A DNA stretch of 64,000 nt from Trichosphaerium sp. ATCC 40318 (Eukaryota; Protista; Tubulinea). Positions 51,141 through 64,000 of this stretch are shown piece after piece (positions within the stretch are counted from its first letter, which is position 1; the number at the start of each line of letters is the position of its first letter). The stretch covers positions 233 to 64,232 of the forward strand of contig JALMLS010000360.1 in the NCBI GenBank assembly GCA_038496445.1, written 5' to 3'. A program made the translations under genes and the position numbers. The notes beneath the pieces were generated by a model. That model made no database searches. It was not told where the DNA came from and was given only the letters and a program-made list of their open reading frames with translations.

Positions 51141-54100
51141 ATGGTAAATGTGAGTGAGTAACGACTAAATATCTATAAGCTAAACGCCAAGGCTGGTATT
51201 GTAAGCGATTGTGACGAAACAAATATCATTTTTGTACCTAGCCATCAGAAGCCGTCGCCATGGTGCTTAAAAACGCAAAAGTATTCGTGTGCGGATAAAC
51301 AGGAGCCACAAATGGCACTTTAACATGTCGCGTCATGTATTAAAATGTTTTTAGTTTTGTTTCTGGTCTGATGGGTTTATACGCACTCAGCGGCCTAAAA
51401 AATGCGCAAGAGCGTGTAAAACAAGGTTTAGAAGGTAATGGGATAACCCACGTTTCTACCACCTGACAAACTGTTCATAACAATACGTTTTTAGGCGTCA
51501 TCGTTGCGCTTATTGTTTGGCTGGTTAGTATTGCTTCAACCAAAAATGCTTCATCAAACACAAAATTTCGAACTTTGTTCACCTTCATGGTGCTTGTGCG
51601 TATTTGGTTTTGGCGTTACTCCAAGAATCTTGCCTTTATGCATTCTACATTTAGTATTGGGTTTGTTATTGTACGCTCTTTCATAAAAGTCGTTTAAAAC
51701 GCCCGCTAATAATACAATAATAGATTTCAGCGCTTATTGGATGCCTTGGAGTAGTTGGTTCAGTAACTATTGCCCGTCCTAAAACAAAAAACGTTTGGCA
51801 TTATCAGGCATTTCTAATGGTACAATACATTTAAAACGACATGTCAATAACGATTTTTATAACGACTAAAAAAAGAAAATTCGCCAAAAATCTGTTAGCG
51901 AATTGTAAAACGTGAATTTTATTTTACCTTTACGTACCGCGCATCTAATAACAATATTATATACATGCGGCCAGGTAGTAGTACATCACGAAAAAACTGA
52001 ACGCTTTTTACTTTTTTATTTGAAATAATCAAAACACATTCTTCTTGTGAACCGTAGCGGCCTTGATATTATTAACGTAAAATCTGTTTTGAACTTTGCT
52101 AAACGGGTTATTTTTACGTATTTTTTTTTGAATGAAATTAAAAGTAAAACGTGTCAACACTGTCCTTGTGGCTCAAAAACCGTTTTTTTACAAGAATTTA
52201 TTTTTTATGTACTACGTTGATTTATTTTATTTATTGGGTGTTTTTTTGTAGACTGTAGCTGTTGCGTTGTTATTAGGGCCAACGCATGCAAGCCTTGAAA
52301 ATATGGGGCTTAGCGCAAGTTGGTTGATATCTCCAGAATTCTATGTTATAGCTACGCATGCTACTGCGATAGCGTTTGCAATGTTACATTGGCACGTAGA
52401 TGGTAGTATTTTTTTGGGTATATCACTCTTTAGTATGGCTTTTTTCGAGGCTGTGCAGCTATTAGCTATGGTGGAAGTACCATTAGACACAATGTATATA
52501 TTTGTAGTATTGGCGAAAGTATTATCACTTCTGTGCACATTGAGCTCTTCAATGGAAACTAGCGTTAAGCCACGTGAACTTACAAGAGGAGGACTTAAAG
52601 CACCGTCTTCTCCACTTAGACCAAGACCTACTTTGGGTGAAATAAGAAAAACACAAGGAGTGTACTCGAAAAGTTATGTGCTTCCTAAACGACCAAGAAC
52701 AGGGAGACCACATCACCACTCGCCACTTGATGACTTTGATAATGATAGTGCAGGATATCATCAATCAGATTTACTGGAGGTTGTGGGTAGACACGTGAGA
52801 AACGAACTGGCACCGGCTTCTATGCTTGCGGAGGTAATTTATTTTGAATTATTTTATTCCTAACTTGTTGAGTTGTTCACACCTCCTTTTGCTTATTTTA
52901 CTTTAAGTTTTTCCAATCTGGCACAGCTTCATTAGCTTCTATAACAGAACAAATACCTCAATTGAAGAAGTCTATTGATAATACGCTTAAAATTGTTACA
53001 ACTTCAGTTGACTTTATTCGATTTTCTAAGATGACCAAAAGCGATATTCAAACTCCCTTCAGCATTGTTGCTGTACTTGAAAAAGTCATAGAGGGTAAAA
53101 TAGATAAGAAGAATATTGATTTATTCTATACAATTGATAATGACGTACCTACAACATTACTTGGAAGTGCTAGTCATACAACTTACATTCTATCTCAACT
53201 TATTGATAATGCATTAACATTCACACATCACGGAAAAGTATGGATTAGAGTTAAAATGAGAGACAGTAGTTTTGTAGAGTTTCATGTACGTGATACTGGA
53301 ACTGGTATTAATAAGGCACATCACGATCAGATATTTCATCAGTTCTTTACGACAAGGGAGCCTGGATGCGGTATAGTTTTTTCTTGGTCAATTTTCCTAT
53401 TTTTTTCTTACTTACACTGATAGGTGTTGGTCTTGGTTTGGCTACTTGTAGATCAGTTTCTCGTCTTTTTAAGAATGGTTCAGTAGCACTATTAAAGTCT
53501 ACGCATACTCTCGCTCAAGAAAATACAGACAGCAAGCTTGGATCTCATTTTTGCTTTTCGTAAGTTTATTTTCAAAACACTTATATCTAATTAATAACAC
53601 CTATTTTTAGCGCTCAGTATACTTTTAAATCTCCAGTAGAGACTTTTGCCGATTGTGCACAATGGAATTCTTTACCAAGTTTACGCGTGTTGGTTGTTCA
53701 GAGGTGTGAAGAACTAGGCCAGGAGCTTTGCAATGTTTTGAAACAACTTGGCGCTGCCGAAGCTAATTTTGAAAGTAACCCTGAGTCAGCATATAAACAA
53801 CTTGTGGTACGTCATGAAAAATACTGTCCTACAAAGTAAAGTTAATTTTTTCGAGCTAATTAAATTTAGAATGGTTGTGGTGAAGAAGGCGCTCCTTATA
53901 CTCATCTATTGCTTGACATGTTATTAGAAAGTGATGCGTACGTTTGTTCTAAAATTCAAGAACCTTAATGACTTATTATTACCATCACTCTGACCTACGT
54001 TTGTCTACTACAGCTGAAAACACGGCCTCTATTCTATTTACTTTAGACTAATAATTTTTTTTTAGTAAAAATGTTGTGAATGGTGCAGCGTATGCACGTC

Positions 54101-57100
54101 GTGTTAAGCTCAATCCAAAATTGAAAAATATAAAGATTGTTTTAACTCCGAATCCAAAGGATGTACCTTCTATGCAACCAGAGCATGTAGATGTTATAGC
54201 AGCAAAACCTATTTCTAGAGATAAATTGAGCTCTTTGATTGGTAAAAAGAAGAATAGCGCTCTAATCGATGGTACGTTTCTTATTCTTATTTTTTTCCGA
54301 GAAAATTTATTTATTCGTTTTCAACTGGTATTTCGCAGTTTTTATGACAATTCATCGTATCATATCTCCGGCTATATTAGCGTCATGAGGAAAAAATAAC
54401 ATAAGATGAATCGTTATGTTCAAAAGCGAATGAAGGGTTTTTGTTCACCTGTTATTGAACTTTTGCAGTTTTTCATTGCAAGCAATTATTTATTGTGCTA
54501 CTGTTTTTTTATGGTATTGATTTAATTCATTTGCTTAGGCTCTATCAAATCACAAATGTCTTTATCAGTACTTGTTGCTGAAGATAGTCCAACAAATATT
54601 ATTGGTGCGTAACTTTGTAACAACAGTGAAAGCATTTTGGTTTTCTCTTTTTTTTCTTTTGGCTTTAAAGTTATGTACTTACAAGCAATTAGTACTCACA
54701 AAGACGTTGACCAATATGGGTCATCAGTACGTTTTATAATAATATATCAAAAGTAACATACTCTGTAGATCCCATTGTGTGAAGGACGGTAAAGAAGTTC
54801 TTGATGAATATAAAAAAAATCACTCAAAATATCATATTGTTCTTATGGATTGCCTCATGCCTGTGATGGATGGATGGGAAGCTACTCAAAAGATAAGAGA
54901 ATGGGAGAAAAGTCAAGGATTAGAACATAAGCCAATAGTCGCATTATCAGCTGCTTCTGATCCTGAAGACATTGAAAGAGCTAATGAAGTTGGTATGGAC
55001 CATTTTCTTATAAAGCCAGCAAAAAAACTTGAGCTGGAGAACTTATTCGCAACTGTTATTGGAAACTATAAAGAAAAGAAAGATGCAGATGTATCTGTAA
55101 AAGAAGGCCCTCTATGTAAAGTTCTATGGGCTGATTCTAATACTGTCAGGTAGCGATCTTTTATCATAAGTTGTTTTATGAAAAATAGTTCCCTTTGTTC
55201 CTTTCAAACGTCTTTACTTCTCTTATCTGATATCAAATATTTGCGTGCTAAATACTTCTTTTTAATAGCTTTAAATTGGTGTCAATGATGTTACCTAACT
55301 TTGAGTTTGATTATGCAGAATCTGGAACAGAAGTAAGTTGTTTACAGATATCTTACAGTGCAGTTTCTAACCTTTTATAGTTGGTGAATACAGTAAAAGC
55401 ACGATACAACCATTATGATGTCATTGTTATCGTAAGAACTCTCCTATGTTTAATTGTGTTGCCAAAAACTCTAAAACCAGTGACATGGCTTGTCATGCAT
55501 CCTTTCGTTTTTTTTTCAAAATGGAAAATTACGCCTTTCAGTATTGGTTTCTCGTTCATATTCCATCCCGCTTTGCTATGCTTGTTGACCTCAATATGGC
55601 CCCTTCTAACATTTTTTAAAGGCAGAACATATTGCTACTATGACAGGACGTCGATGTCTTGTAGACATTCGTCGCTATGAAAAAGATGAAGGCATGCAAT
55701 TCCAAAAGCCTGTCATTGGCTTTGCTACATCGACACACAATGCTGAAATGTGGTACCGATCTGGATGTAAATGTGTCATGGTTAAACCTATTGATTTGCC
55801 TCAACTAAAGACACACCTCGAGAGTCATATCCACGTATGTCGGACTTGTTTCCCGTCATCAAACCCAAACTTAAGAAAAGTATTTTTTGGTCTTAGCGTT
55901 TCTCTTCTTTCACGTTTCTTATGATGTTATTTGCTCATATTTTATACTAGGGAGGCGCTAAACTACCTACCGATAATGTCGTTGTGAGGAGAGTTTATGG
56001 TTTGAAGGTATTAGTGTTAAGCAATGATGCTGAGTTGGCGAACAAGTTATATCAGGATGTTGTTGATAGAGGACATGAATGTATTATTAGCCGTATAAGA
56101 AAACCAAAAGAGCTCACATACGTCAGTAAAGGGTCTTGTCATAGTGATAGAGACTTAGTACTTTATCATATAAACTTGGACATGAAAGATATTGAGCTTG
56201 CTTCACCAACTGTACGCCAAAACCCAAGTTTCTCTTTTTTCTTCATTAGAAATTCCACGTGTTTAAATTTTTTTTTCGCGCGTAGAGTCCTTGACTGTCT
56301 TTGTATTCTATAACTCATACTGTGTCTCTTTAGGCAAGACCTATTATAGCTCTATCTTCGAATCCAAGCAAGGAAGAAGAGGAAGCTGCCATTAAACTTG
56401 GGTTTGCTGAGTATGCTGCTATGCCTATTACAAACCAAAAGCTTGAGACTATTCTTCATGAAGTTGAACGTAAACGTGTGCATTCTGTTAATGAGACGCA
56501 TTTTAAACAACCAAGGAACCTATATAAACTTGAGCGTGAGTTCGAGAGTCTAAGACAACTGTTCAGGTACAATATTATCAGTTTTTTACTGTGCTCTTTT
56601 TTTTTTTTGCCATGCCTCACACCTGTGTTTAGTAAATTCATTCCAATGGAGTATCAGCAACTTATTGCTCCAAGAGGTCTTGATTGTGTTAAGCTAGGAG
56701 ATTATAGGTTCGTTTTAGTTCAAAAAATGAATGTTGAACCGTTTGTTTCTTCTTTTTTTTCTCTTTTTTTTTCGAGTTTGTGGAGCTCTACCTATCGCCT
56801 AACGTATAGTTTTGCAATGCAATACAGCAGAAATAACTTGATTTTGATCAGAGATAGGGTTTATACTAATTGTTCGGTTAGGAGACATCGTATTACTGTA
56901 TTGTTCAGTGATATTCGAGATTTTACAACTATGACAGAAGATATGGATCCTAAAGATGTTATTGAATGGATTAATAATTACAACGCCTTTGCTATAGCAC
57001 CTATTTATCAGTATGGTGGATTTATAGATAAATTCATTGGAGACTCAATAATGGGTATGTACCAACAAAGTCAAACAGTGTCAACAACAAAAAGTTGGAG

Positions 57101-58108
57101 CATAATTTTTTTTTTTCCTTTGCATGCTTACTAACACTCTGCTCTTAGGTGTGTTTGCTAGTGATACAAGAACACAGCAAGAACGGTACAGTGACATTTT
57201 TTATTGTTTTGTTTGTTCAAGTGCATTGGCTGAGACTGTTTAGCGCCTTGTCTGCTGTTAGATGTGCCGTCAAAATGATTGAAAACCTGAATAAAATGTC
57301 TGCATCTTTACCTACTCTTAAAAGCGAGACTGGTATTGGTGTAAACACCGGAGATGTTATTATTGGTCTTATCGGTACTGATACACGTATGGAGACTACT
57401 GCACTTGGAGATGCTGTAAATCTTGCATCGCGAACTGAGTCGCTTTGCAAAAAGTAAGTTATCTTCATTTTTTTTTTGGTTTGTAAAAGGCTTACAGCTC
57501 CTCATAACCTGGTTTGTAATTTTCTTGTAGATACAAAGCAAGGATTCTCATTACAGAGAGTACAAAGGCTGATATGGGTGGAAACGCAAATGACTTTGAT
57601 CTACGTCTTGTAGACTATGTTTTTGTAAAAGGTAAAAAAAAGCCTTGTAAGATATACGAAGTAATGGATGCTGATCCGTACGTAACCACCCCCAAGCTTA
57701 CTCAAAATAATTCGAAAGCTATAAATACATGTACTAAAACCTACACAGACCTGAAATTAAAGAAAAGAAGCTAGCTATACTCACCAATTTTAACCAAGGT
57801 GTCGAAAGTTATAAAAACTCACAGTTGGCGAAAGCCAAATCTTGGTTTGAAGTACGTCAATCATACAATGACTCCAGCAAATGCCTTTTTTGAATGTCAT
57901 ATCTTTGTACTTAAAAACAACCACGTGTTTTTCACGTGTTTTTTAATGTCTTGTCGCCAATGCTAATTTTTTTCTTTTTTTTTTTTTGTAGAAATGTCTT
58001 GAAGTCTACCCTGAAGATGAGCCTACAAAAATACTTCTTGAACGTGTTGTTAAAGGTCTAGAAGATCCAACTAATTTCAAATCTGTTACAGCTTTGAATT
58101 CGAAATAA
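51141..58108 (+). CDS. Membrane hybrid histidine-kinase-like / multi-receiver / class III adenylyl cyclase (AcrA/ACB-like); start tentative
   Basis: N-terminal TM exons. HATPase ILSQLIDNALTFT..VRDTGTGI..IFHQFF..GVGLGLATC. Canonical receiver VLVAEDS..VLMDCLMPVMDGWEA..FLIKP plus three degenerate receivers. Cyclase VLFSDIRDFT, DKFIGDSIM, GIGVNTG, TALGDAVNLASRTE, VKGK. The K/T specificity pair indicates ATP. Confidence 0.88.
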
Positions 58109-58351
58109 TAATACAAAATGACAGAAGAATCAAGCTATTATACCATGTACTTTAAATGTAATCCAATAAAACAAAAAAAAAATAGCTAATTAAAGAAAAA
58201 ACACATTAATTAAACAGTACAACAACATTATCTTAACTAACTAACCTAACCCAATCAAATATATTTTTGACGAAATACAGCAGACTTATCTCAATCTGAG
58301 AACCTAATAGTAGGCGAAAATAATACAGAGTAGACAGGGTAAATTTGGAGC

Positions 58352-59251
58352 TTATTTCTCACAAACAACTTTCAAAGGTGACTTTAACAGTCGGTTACCA
58401 TCAATCCACATACACTCTTCCTTAAAAAATCCATTCCTATGCCATAGTCTAGTCTTGCCATGCCGTTTACCATCAGCCCACATGCTGCGTTCCTTAAGTT
58501 GTCCGTTATAATACCATTTCATTCTTTTACCAAACAGTTTACCATCAACTAAAAAGCATTGTTTCAAAAGTTGTCCACTCTCAAGCCAATATTTGAGTTT
58601 GCCATGTCGTTTACCATCAATCCACATACACTGCTCCTTAAGTTGTCCATTTTCATGCCATGATTTACACTCACCATGTTTGTTATCATCAATCCACATA
58701 CACTGGTCCTTAAGTTGTCCGCTTGCATACCATGTCTTACTCTCACCATGTAGTTTATTATCAATCCACATGCCCTGCTCTTCAAGTTGACCATTTTTAT
58801 ACCATCCCCTAGATTCACCATGCTGTTTATCATTAGAAAATGTCCACTGTTCCTTAAGTTGTCCGCTTGCATACCATGTCTTACTCTCACCATGTAGTTT
58901 ATTATCAATCCACATGCCCTGCTCTTCAAGTTGCCCATTTTTATACCATCCCCTAGATTCACCATGCTGTTTATCATTAGAAAATGTCCACTGTTCCTTA
59001 AGTTGTCCGTTCTCATACCATCCCTTAGCTTCTCCATGCTTTTTACCATCAACCCACATCCACTGTTGCTTAATTGTTCCACTTTTATACCACTGTATCC
59101 ATGGTCCTTTCTTTTTTAATGCCTCATTAAAATGTGTATTGATTGCTGCTCTTTTTGATAGTGTATGAAACTTTGTAAATGCTTCCATGTTGAAAGTACA
59201 AATATACTGTTGAAGTTCACGTGGGATATCTAATAAACTCACTGAGTCCAA
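58352..59251 (-). CDS. Intronless F-box-like + MORN-variant (MORN_2/YwqK-like) repeat protein, about 10 repeats
   Basis: LLDIPRELQQYI motif, then 24-aa GQLKEQxMWIDGKxHGExKxWYxN repeats. The ORF starts at TTG; the first ATG lies after the F-box-like motif. Confidence 0.78.
   Translation of the reverse strand: MDSVSLLDIPRELQQYICTFNMEAFTKFHTLSKRAAINTHFNEALKKKGPWIQWYKSGTIKQQWMWVDGKKHGEAKGWYENGQLKEQWTFSNDKQHGESRGWYKNGQLEEQGMWIDNKLHGESKTWYASGQLKEQWTFSNDKQHGESRGWYKNGQLEEQGMWIDNKLHGESKTWYASGQLKDQCMWIDDNKHGECKSWHENGQLKEQCMWIDGKRHGKLKYWLESGQLLKQCFLVDGKLFGKRMKWYYNGQLKERSMWADGKRHGKTRLWHRNGFFKEECMWIDGNRLLKSPLKVVCEK
58707..58994. repeat. Near-perfect 144-bp tandem duplication (2 x two MORN-variant repeats)
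   Basis: 58707-58850 vs 58851-58994 differ at one base that I could see (TTGACC/TTGCCC). A 48-aa block is duplicated in frame. Confidence 0.92.
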
Positions 59252-59597
59252 TTTACAGTCTACATTTTTATGCTTTGCACTAGACTATAAAAAATTAGCG
59301 TGATTACGTATAATCATGAACGAAAGGTTGCTCTGTGCGCTACAAGAAGATTGTTACAGAATTCGAAGAAAAAGCTCAAAAAAAACTCCCCAAAATGAGA
59401 AGGTTGTCACGAATTTACCCTTACTGGCTAATTACAATAGCATGTAGTGGTTTTGCGTGTGTTTTACGTACCATATGTACTTAAATTACTAATCACAGTT
59501 AAAAAACGTTTGTGAAGTATATACAGTATGTTTCGCAAGGAGGAGAAGCTGTATATTGTAATTTAAAATATGTTTATGATTAAGCCAAGCTTGCTTA

Positions 59598-59855
59598 CGG
59601 ACCCACGTTTTTTCCGAATTTTTCCGAAAGAAAAAATTCGAAAAAATAGAATTCGATACAAAAACCGAATGCCTATACCCACCAATGGATCACTATATGT
59701 GAGCGAAGGTCGGGTTCTAGTTCCAAGCACAGCGAGGACCCGACCGTAAGTGAACCAGGCGCTTTCTAGTTTAGTGGACTGCCCTAGCTATGCATCTTTC
59801 TACGAATTCTATTTTTTCGAATTTTGGTTTTCGGAAAATTCGGAAAAAAACTATA
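59598..59855. mobile_element. MITE-like element, copy 2 (inverted relative to copy 1)
   Basis: Reverse complement of 48906-49149 with small indels. No clean TSD visible. Confidence 0.85.
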
Positions 59856-60464
59856 TCAGTTGTATACACTGTCCTATGTACTAGGAGTTAGTCATGGTAT
59901 TATTCCGGGTTGCAAAATATGGAAATGAAATCGTGTTTTTTGTTTATGAGTTTACAACTTGTTGGCTCCCAGGTTGGTGTCAAGATTAGTATATTGGCAC
60001 ATTACTATAGAAAGTTCTTAATCAGTATAGAATATGGTAGCATTGCGCTTATATTGCAAATGTATATGCATACAGCGTGTTGCAGTTTCAAAAGCGGAAG
60101 CCATAAATACAAAACATTCCATTTTATGCTGTAGACCTGTAAACAATCTATACTCCAATCTATGCTGTAAAGAGGATACCTATCAGTTCTCACAACAGTA
60201 CAACCTGTAATGTGAAGCTATGATTTTTCGTATTGAACAGTAATGGTGGCCGATGCGAGGAGCAAGGGGAACTCATTAAACATTAAAAAAAAAAAAAACC
60301 ACTATCGCTAATCCAGCATGTTCAATTCCACTACTGCGAGAAGGATTCTTAAGATTCCCCTTAAGTTTAATCAAATGTTTATTTGATATTACGTAGCTAC
60401 ATGACACTGATAAGTGTCGTGCTACGAATGTAAGACAGCGCTCTCAGTGTAATTGTTATTGGCT

Positions 60465-60944
60465 ACATTTCTAAGCCGTGAACCTTAAGCTGGTGTAGTT
60501 TAGCGTCATACTGTTGCTGTGTTAAGAAACCAGCCTGAAAGTCTCCCCTGTAGGCATATTGTGAGCTATAGTTTTAAGGAGCGTAACAAACAGAAAGGCC
60601 ATTGTAATTAGTTGTATATACGCGTAGAACAATCTTTACGGCGATTTAACGAAAGATAAAACGGATTGCCTGTTGCTTCGTTTAAAACGTACTGTACGCG
60701 ATGGAATTGTTGTAAGAGCGCTAGTTGATTCGATTCAACGGCTTTTTGGTCAGTTTGACGCTTTTCAGTTGTACCTAAGTGAAATTGCGTTACACTACAT
60801 GTAATCGCCGATTCACATACCATCACGACCTGCTAGCGCATCGTAGTACTCATTCTTTTTACGCGCTTCAGCTGCTTTCTTTGCTTGCTGTTGCTTTAAC
60901 CAATCATCAGCAGGGTTAGCATCTGACTCTCTAGAAACGCTCAT
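60465..60944 (-). CDS. Small multi-exon helical protein, possible SHOCT-like C-terminus
   Basis: MSVSRESDANPADDWLKQQQAKKAAEARKKNEYYDALAGRD / TTEKRQTDQKAVESNQLALLQQFHR / GDFQAGFLTQQQYDAKLHQLKVHGLEM*. Last junction not resolved. Confidence 0.45.
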
Positions 60945-61111
60945 CTTGTTTTAGCTCTGAAATTCTAAAAACATTTAAGTCGTGCTAGAAACAAAGTCAG
61001 CATTGAAGTGGCCTGGCGTTAGCGCTAATTTGTCCAAAGAAATCTGACTAGTATTGACTGCGTGACAACACGGTAGTTATTCTCAGGTACAAATCATTTA
61101 CCGAATAGCGA

Positions 61112-62576
61112 ATGGATGATACACGCACGTGCGAGAACATAAAACAGAAACCTGTAAAAAATAAGTACAGTACTACTTTTAAATTATTCTGGTACGTCAT
61201 TATATCGCTTTCATACGCGTAAACTAATCTATACGAACAGCCTCTTGGTTGTTTTAAGTCTTTTATACCTTATCATATCACTTCCTTCAACAGCAAGATC
61301 ATTACGCACATACAAATTCTACGAGGCTGAAAAACAACCTATTGACGTCAAAAAACCCCCAACGCCTTCTATAGACTATTGCCCACCTTTCCTAAATGAC
61401 TCTACTCTAAAAAGGGCTAAACTTGTATCTCAGGAACCAGATTTAAGTATTGATATTACTGACGCTTTAAACACGTGGGTAGAAAAATATCATTTGCCTG
61501 CCATTAAGAATCCTTCATTACCTTCATCAAAATTCTTATTGTATAGTAATACACATGCTGGATTTGGTAATAACTTCGAGGCTTTTGTAAGCGCGTTTAC
61601 CGTTGCTGTTCTTACACAGCGTGCTTTTATTATCAAACCTTATGATCAAGCACAGTTTTTTATTGAAGTATGTACTTATATTCAAGGTGAGTTTTTCTCG
61701 TCTAACCTCGAAGGTGTTGATTATGATCGAGATTATAAAGCTACAGCTGGTTTTCTTAATAACACATATGTTACATATCTGCCTTTCACGCAGATAGATT
61801 GGCACTGGGTATACTACTGTAACAACGCTGAAGTTGATTTGCTTTCAAAAAAAGTGATTGGAATGTCAGGAAATCAGTATATTCTACAGGGCATTCTTGC
61901 ACAGCCAACAATGAGAAAAATATTCTATGACACGTTTGGAACGCATAAAGATGTGTTCCATCAAATAACAAAAAAGATGTTGGTACCTGTACCTTGGATA
62001 CAAAAAGACATTGAAGAATTCAAACAAGAATATTTTGAGAAAAATTATGTTATAGGGATTCATTTCAGAACAAAAGAACGTGAGATACCAGAAGGATATG
62101 AAAAAAGATTTCATAAAGTTGCAAGAGATATTACAGAAAAGATAGAGGATTCTCTTCCTAAAGGAATGAGAGTAAAGTGGTTTTTAGCTTCAGACTCAAA
62201 TAAACTAAAACAAAAATGGGAAGAAAGATATCCTGATCATGCCATTACCTTTAGAAAGGAATACAAACAAAAACATGGAGGCACGTGTTTGCTATGTACA
62301 TGGCGCGTTCTAACCTTTTTATAAGGTTGTGCTGGAGCCATTGTAGATCTTTACTTACTATCTAGTTCAGATACACTTTTACTAACTCTTTGGAGCACAT
62401 TTGGTTATGCAGCACAAGGGATGGCCGGTAAAATACCTTTTGTTATGTGGGATAAATGTCATAGATGGTATAGTGCTTATCCTTGTTACCATGAATGTTT
62501 TAATGGATACGACCATGCTGATGGACCTTGCAAAGAGAGATATAATGTCAACGAAATGTGTTTACCTTGTAGATAA
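61112..62576 (+). CDS. Type II membrane fucosyltransferase (GT37/NodZ-like, GT-B fold)
   Basis: Short N-tail + TM, HAGFGNNF..FVSAF..AVLTQRAF, VIGIHFRT, WFLASDS, AIVDLYLLSSSD.LLLT.WSTFGYAA. Introns at 61192-61240 and probably 62281-62325. Confidence 0.85.
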
Positions 62577-62782
62577 AGTACTCTTCAGTACTATAAGAAA
62601 ATTATTTAAATAAATCGTATTGAGGTTATCATCGGTTTCGATTTTGTTTCTTTGGTGGAAGTTTACAAAAAGAAATACCAAGTATCTTTTTGCTTATACG
62701 TTCTTACTCTATAAGTATTACTTTCTGATTTCTAGCTTGCACAGCGTTAACATTTTCAGAATCTATCACGTGATTTTACAGG

Positions 62783-64000
62783 ATGGTGCTGACCAACGTC
62801 CCTAAGAAAACTCATAATTTTATGCTCTTGTACAAACTTTTCTTTTCAGCAATCATTTACTTTGCAGTTCTCTGTGGGCGTAAGGTATTCATTACAAAAG
62901 TTCTTAGCCCAAATAAAAATGTCCCAGTTTTAAATGAAAGTCAACGTGCTAATATCGAGTTGAAGCCCATCGGTATGTGTAAAAAGATTGAGGTATTTAT
63001 GGTTACCTGTACTCATCTGTTAATTAATTTTTTATTCTATCTACAACGCCAACTTAGATTTTAACAATCACACTTTACAGTAGGGGTACGAACGTTGTCT
63101 ACTAAACCTATTAAACTTATGTGTTAATTAAAAACTGTAACGATTTTTTTAAAGCTCTAATTTTATCTTTACGACGCGTGACACGTGTTTTTATTCTATT
63201 GGTATTCAATTCTAGCCTAATTTTGTTCTAGTTTTGCAAATAGGTAGGTGCACCCATCGAAGTATCTTTAACGCAACGCACAAGACACCAACTTTATTTT
63301 TGTCAACAGTCGCTAGTACAATAATTTCTTGTTTTAGTGGATGGATTCTTACTGCCTTGTTATTTATCCTTTTAACAAGTGTATCGTCAGTCAATTTTTA
63401 GTTTCCTTGACATCTAATGATAACGGAGCTTGGATCTGTTTACTTCCGTTCTGACCGGTCATCTTATTATTTGTCAGGCAGCTACACCTATTCAAGGTAT
63501 GTCTAAAAAACTGTTAACCAAAAGTCTTTTTACTTAAGGCTATTGTAGCTGATGCTGAGTTTGTTTTAAAGTCGAAAGCTCATTTATTGGTACTAGTTTT
63601 TTAACTACAAGTTGTGTTCTTATGTCACAACCTTCTTGCCTTTTGTATTTTTAGTTGAACGAACGTCTAAAGTTCGAAAATGGTTTTCAAACTATTCGGA
63701 TCAATTGGTTTACCCTTACCGGGTAAACTAGGTTTTACCGTTTTCAGGATCAGAACAACGGATCCTTACTTTTTAGGTGAACCGTCATGTTAATTCGTTT
63801 ATAAAGCAAAACAACCTCTTTTTCGATCTTTTTAGTGTGGACGCATTATTAGCCATCAGATGAATGTCTTATATTTTATTGTAGGCTATCGAGTTTGGTT
63901 TAAATCCTAACAACACGCCCCACAGAAAGCGCAACATAAATAGTTTGCTCTATGATATTTTTTCATGAAACTGAAAAAATATCAAACACGTGTCAGTGAA
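62783..64000 (+). pseudogene. Possible degraded type II membrane glycosyltransferase (GT34-like)
   Basis: N-terminal TM, WMDS, and ND.NG / GSVYFRS..S.YF fragments across frames, with in-frame stops. Weak. Confidence 0.25.

Noticed and set aside
48901-59855. 11-kb composite transposon bounded by 250-bp inverted repeats and carrying the cyclase gene
   Set aside because: Copy 1 has its own 8-bp TSD, which indicates an independent insertion. No transposase lies inside, and the cargo is an ordinary intron-rich gene.

Overview
Eukaryotic, AT-rich, intron-dense DNA (mostly ~45-60 nt GT-AG introns). Gene content (AcrA-like cyclase, CLU-domain protein, G-beta) suggests an amoebozoan-like protist (inference). 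Conserved genes: ZMAT2/Snu23, G-protein beta, WBP4-like, CLU+TPR, START-domain, a GPI-type surface protein, a hybrid kinase/receiver adenylyl cyclase and a fucosyltransferase. These are interleaved with a fast-evolving fraction: Gypsy and LINE relics, MITEs and pseudogenes. The standout is a local family of ankyrin-repeat + PARP-type ADP-ribosyltransferase (H-Y-E) + coiled-coil genes, with two apparently intact copies and two relics. Every ankyrin repeat sits on its own 99-nt phase-1 exon. In the copy at 1911-6276, ten 151-bp intron+exon units have almost invariant introns, while the exons vary in a mosaic pattern at the ligand-contact codons. This looks like a diversifying sensor-effector (immune-receptor-like) system. 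Other notable items: two intronless F-box-like/MORN-variant repeat genes, a CheD/CNF1-like deamidase gene, and a bacterial-type CBM6-DUF5060 gene carrying introns. All gene models were assembled by eye and no database search was run.
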